Assembly: GCA_964255105.1 (NCBI GenBank)
Contig: CAXUWE010000002.1
Span: 1-52,827, forward strand
DNA: 52,827 bases
Direction of reading: 5' to 3'
Source of the DNA: Porpidia crustulata
Taxonomy: Eukaryota
A program made the translations under genes and the position numbers. Of the stretch, positions 48,764 to 52,827 are shown piece after piece. Every line of letters begins with the position of its first letter. Positions within the stretch are counted from its first letter, which is position 1. Below the pieces are notes generated by a model, which saw only the letters and a program-made list of their open reading frames with translations, made no database searches and was not told the origin of the DNA.

Positions 48764-49310
48764 CGGAACGTCTCGTGGGTGTAGATGAATGTACTCTGTA
48801 GCTTGTAAATAGAAACTATGGCTTTGTTTATGCTATGCATGATTCGAATCCAATTTCTTGTTTAACATGTCAAAGCGTTACGAGCTTCAACCGCACGCGT
48901 CAGTATAATAATGAATTTCCCACCCATGATGGTTGTAATTTACTCCAAGGTAAATTACCATTCTACGTACTATACCGATTACTGATCTCACACTAGGCTG
49001 CAAAGGTATCGTATTGAAGGGCACATGCAAGTCATATTCTGATAGAGAAGACTTTCTAAATAGAGAATAACAGTATCTACCGCCAAGCAGGCAATCTAAT
49101 CGGACGACTTTGGCCTGAAATACGGTTAAGTAAGGTATTTGTCCAGATATGGCTTATAGATCATTGAGTTCGTACACCACCTTAACTTACGAAACCTCAC
49201 CATCTCTCACTTAACGACCCACGCGCTCTTTGATCAGAATGCTTCTCTAAATCTCCGCGCTGTACAAGACATTCGCTTCACCGCTCTCTCAACCTTACAC
49301 AATATCCGTC

Positions 49311-50771
49311 ATGTCGCGCAAACCCGCCGAAGTTGCCTCGAAAGAAAAAAACGAATACATCCCCAACTTCATCGCCAACAAACCCTTCTATCTCCAATCC
49401 ACTGACTCCGAAAACGACTATCTCGAGCATCAACGTCTTCAGAAAGCTGAGACAGACCAGTCGAAATGGTACGACCGGGGTAAACGGCTCGGGCCCGCCG
49501 TCACTAAATTCCGCAAGGGCGCTTGCGAGAATTGTGGAGCGATGACCCATAAGACGAAGGAGTGTTTGAGCCGACCGAGAGCGAAGGGAGCGAAATGGAC
49601 GGGTAAGGATATTCAAGCGGACGAGGTGGTGCAGAATGTGGAACTGGGGTGGGATGCGAAGAGGGATCGGTGGAACGGGTATGATGCGACAGAGTACCGC
49701 GCAGTGATCGAGGAATTCGAAGAACTGGACAGCTTGAAGAAGAAATTGAAGGGAGATGGGGAGGGACAGCAGAGACTACTGATGGAGGATGCGGAGGAGG
49801 GACCTAATGGCGAACAAGAAGAAGCCAAGTACGCAGAGGAATCCGACATGGGCCGTCAACAGAGCACAGCTACCCGAAACCTGCGGATACGAGAAGACAC
49901 CGCTAAGTATCTTCTCAACCTCGATCTCGACTCCGCCAAATACGACCCAAAGACCCGCTCCATGGTCGACATGGGCGTCCAAGCCGACCAAGCCGCCGCC
50001 CTCGTCGCCGAAGACAATTTCATGCGCGCATCCGGCGACGCCGCCGAATTTGAAAGGGCCTCCAAGTATGCTTGGGAGTCTCAAGAACGCGGCGACAAGA
50101 ACAAAACCCACCTGCAAGCTAACCCCACATCCGGCGAGTATTTCCGGCGCAAAGAGGGAAGAGAACGCGAGGAGAAGAGGGACGCCCAGCGCAAGATGCT
50201 CTTGGCAAACTACGGCGGAGACGAGCATATTCAGCCTAAATTATCTCGCGATGCGATACCGGTCGAGAACGAGCGATATGTGGAGTACGACACTTCGGGC
50301 GCGATCAAGGGCGCCCCAAAACCGGAGTCCAAGTCCAAGTACCCGGAAGATGTGCTCATCAACAACCATACCTCGGTTTGGGGAAGCTGGTGGAGGGATT
50401 TCCAGTGGGGCTACGCCTGCTGCCACTCGACGGTCAAGAACAGCTACTGCACTGGCGAGCAGGGCAAACTCGCCTTTGAGGAAGCAAGTAGGATGCGGAC
50501 GGTTGGAGAGCTGGATGCAGTGGCAAATGCGAAAGCGATCGAGCAACATGATGAGTCCTACAGGGAAAACGCTGGGTCCGAAGCCGAGGATGCGGATCTT
50601 AAGGAGGAGGGGGACAAGATGGGCAAGCCCGTGGTCATGGCGAAGAAGAGGACGTTGATGGAGATGAAGGGGGGCGTGAGCGAGGAGGAGCTGGAGGCTT
50701 ACAAGAGAAGTAGGGCGGTGGCTGACGATCCCATGGGAAACTTTTTGGGCAGGGATGAATTAGTGAATTGA
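49311..50771 (+). CDS. SLU7: Pre-mRNA splicing factor Slu7
   Basis: [14 protein letters not shown], zinc knuckle [58 protein letters not shown]...WGYACCH. Confidence 0.96.
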   Translation: MSRKPAEVASKEKNEYIPNFIANKPFYLQSTDSENDYLEHQRLQKAETDQSKWYDRGKRLGPAVTKFRKGACENCGAMTHKTKECLSRPRAKGAKWTGKDIQADEVVQNVELGWDAKRDRWNGYDATEYRAVIEEFEELDSLKKKLKGDGEGQQRLLMEDAEEGPNGEQEEAKYAEESDMGRQQSTATRNLRIREDTAKYLLNLDLDSAKYDPKTRSMVDMGVQADQAAALVAEDNFMRASGDAAEFERASKYAWESQERGDKNKTHLQANPTSGEYFRRKEGREREEKRDAQRKMLLANYGGDEHIQPKLSRDAIPVENERYVEYDTSGAIKGAPKPESKSKYPEDVLINNHTSVWGSWWRDFQWGYACCHSTVKNSYCTGEQGKLAFEEASRMRTVGELDAVANAKAIEQHDESYRENAGSEAEDADLKEEGDKMGKPVVMAKKRTLMEMKGGVSEEELEAYKRSRAVADDPMGNFLGRDELVN

Positions 50772-51082
50772 GGGGGTTGCTTTGGATGCATAGCCATGGC
50801 GTTTCAATCGAGGGCTTTCAAGGGGCTATTGGGGCATTTTGTAGCTGGAGGCGTTTATACCACCTTGTACCACCATTGAAGGTTGGATGGTGGTCCCAAT
50901 GCAGAACCTTACTCGAGATGAGCATCTCTAGGATGATAACGTGGAAAGATGATTCAGATGCCATCTCTAGGTGTGATTATCTACAGCAGCAGTGCCTAGC
51001 CATTTGAAAGATCAACCATCGTTGCGGCCGCTGTCTTGATAAATGTTGCCCTGCTATCAAGACCACACACTTCACGGCAAAT

Positions 51083-51913
51083 CTACTCCTCTTCCTCCTC
51101 GCCCGCATCGCCACCTTCATCCTTCTTCTCCGCAGCTTTAGCCTTCTTTCTCCTCACACGACCAGGACGACCTCCACCGAATGGCGAGGTAAGCGCGAAA
51201 TCGATGTGCTTCTGCGAGTCGAGACGAACGACAAAGGACGGGACGTTGACAATTTGCTTTCCAACGCTTGCATCACGGAGCTCTTAGCTAAAATTTTAGG
51301 AACATTAGGACGATAGTGTAAATCCTACCGGATATGTCTCTGCCTAATTAAGACACGCGCGTGGTGAATACTCTTCGCCAAACCGAGCTTGTAAACGCAA
51401 GTCTGTAGTCTTCGCTCCAAGAAATCCTCGACCTTGAGCGCCAGCACGTAATCGAGCTTCATGCGAGACTCATCGAGCACGCCGACGCGGACAAGACGAC
51501 GGATGAGGGCATTGCCTTCAAATAGTCGCTTGGGATCTTTTTCGTCGAGGGTAAGAAGTTGACTGATATATTGTGAGCCACTTTTTCTCTGAGTAGGCAA
51601 GCACTGGGTGTAGTAGCATACCGGGCAGCACGACGGATTTTGGATAGAGTGAGCATCACGCGCCACACCTCACGCTTATTACGAAGGCCATATTCTCCGA
51701 CTGTTTTGAGCTCGGCGTCGCTGATGAGGGTCAGTGCGTGACAACGACATAAGCAGAGGCAAGCTCGTGCTCAGTGGCCGGAAAATACTGACAGACGAGC
51801 GGACTCGAACGCTGCGTGGGTGATTAGAACCAATCAGGAAAATCGCTCTGGTATGGATAGTGCTTACGGCGTCTAGGGACCTTGTAGGTCTTTGAATACG
51901 ACCGTGGTGCCAT
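51083..51913 (-). CDS. RPS9: 40S ribosomal protein S9 (uS4), 5 exons
   Basis: [42 protein letters not shown]...[15 protein letters not shown]...LERRLQT...[36 protein letters not shown]. Confidence 0.98.
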
Positions 51914-52093
51914 TGTTGCGACGTCTGGAATCTTAAGTTGGAGGTGAGGGTGTAAGTCGATTTTGGCGGATGAATCTGTGGACGCTAGAGGGCTTAAACG
52001 AATACTAGCGCCATCTTGACCACAAACATTTCGGTATCACGACGACCTCAGCGATGACAATTAAATCCGACATCATAACCACCAACCGCCGCA
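51914..52093. promoter_or_regulatory. Shared bidirectional promoter of RPS9 and RPL21
   Basis: Only 180 bp separate the two divergent start codons. Confidence 0.7.
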
Positions 52094-52826
52094 ATGGGTC
52101 ACTCAGCGGGTCTTCGCGCTGGTACTCGGGTACGTACAAATTTCTGAAGCTGGCACTAGAACCACTACATTCCCCTTTGCATCCTGCAGGCCCTGGGCCC
52201 TTGACTTGAAAAGCTCAAGGAGGAGATACTTGATAAGGCCTTGTTGCTGACCTAGTCGCAGTATGCCTTCTCGAGAAATTTCAAGCAAAAGGGCATGATC
52301 AAGCTTTCAACATACTTGAGACAATACAAGGTTGGAGACATCGTCGATATCAAAGCCAACGGGGCCGTCCAAAAAGGGTGAGCCTGCTGCTGGATCCCTG
52401 CGCCCCACCATACATCTCCCTATATTTCCTCTCCACCGAAAACGGCCAGATACCCAATCACCCCAATCCACCGTGTCTAATATCTCCCCCAGCATGCCCC
52501 ACAAAGTCTACCACGGCAAAACCGGCGTCATCTACAACGTCACCAAATCCGCCGTCGGCGTCATCATCTACAAGCGCGTCGGGAATCGCTACATTGAAAA
52601 GCGTGTCAACGTCCGGATCGAGCATGTCTCGCTATCCCGCAGCCGCGAGGAGTTCCTCAACAGAGTTAAAGAGAATGCGGCAAAGATGAGAAAGGCGAAG
52701 ACGGAGGGTGTGCACATGCATCTGAAGAGGCAACCAGCGATGCCAAGGGAGGAGCGGACCATTGATGCGAAAGGGGCACATGCACCGGAGACGGTGACGC
52801 CGATTCCGTATGAAACGACGATTTAG
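52094..52826 (+). CDS. RPL21: 60S ribosomal protein L21 (eL21), 3 exons
   Basis: [73 protein letters not shown]...[11 protein letters not shown]. Confidence 0.98.
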
Positions 52827-52827
52827 G

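Noticed and set aside
49789..50658. 289-aa alternative-frame ORF within SLU7
   Set aside because: Expected from GC-rich third positions depleting stops, and the product is an Arg/Pro/Ser-rich shadow sequence.
1..52827. tRNA, rRNA, CRISPR arrays, autonomous transposons, RIP-type AT-rich blocks
   Set aside because: None recognised by eye. The window is eukaryotic and gene-dense. A covariance-model scan could still reveal small RNAs.

Overview
Gene-dense, intron-containing DNA from a filamentous ascomycete (Pezizomycotina). A lichen-forming Lecanoromycete is plausible from the locus architecture, but that is inference. The window spans the mating-type locus of a MAT1-1 isolate. Gene order: RGD1-like RhoGAP(+), MED12/SRB8(-), Asterix/PAT10(+), SUI1/eIF1(+), EOS1-like(-), Mba1/Tim44-like(+), DUR31/NCU01977-like sodium:solute symporter(-) with an intronic TPP riboswitch, Rim4-like triple-RRM protein(-), CIA30(+), APC5(+), COX13(-), APN2(+), an orphan 6-7 exon auxiliary MAT gene(+), MAT1-1-1(+), about 2.5 kb of apparently decayed coding sequence, REV3(+), NVJ2/TEX2(+), SLA2(+), SLU7(+), RPS9(-), RPL21(+). 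No MAT1-2-1 HMG gene was seen. The main points of interest are: (1) the auxiliary MAT gene, whose exons I reconstructed by hand; (2) REV3 and NVJ2 lying between MAT1-1-1 and an outward-pointing SLA2, explainable by one ~13 kb inversion; (3) the riboswitch intron, with a long-range anti-aptamer pairing and an extra 11-nt repeat; (4) translational-control signatures, namely chained ATGA-overlapping uORFs before MED12, out-of-frame ATGs before REV3 and a poor-context eIF1 start; (5) a 97-bp TA-flanked MITE-like element upstream of SLA2. All exon models and gene names come from reading the sequence and recalling family motifs; no searches were run.
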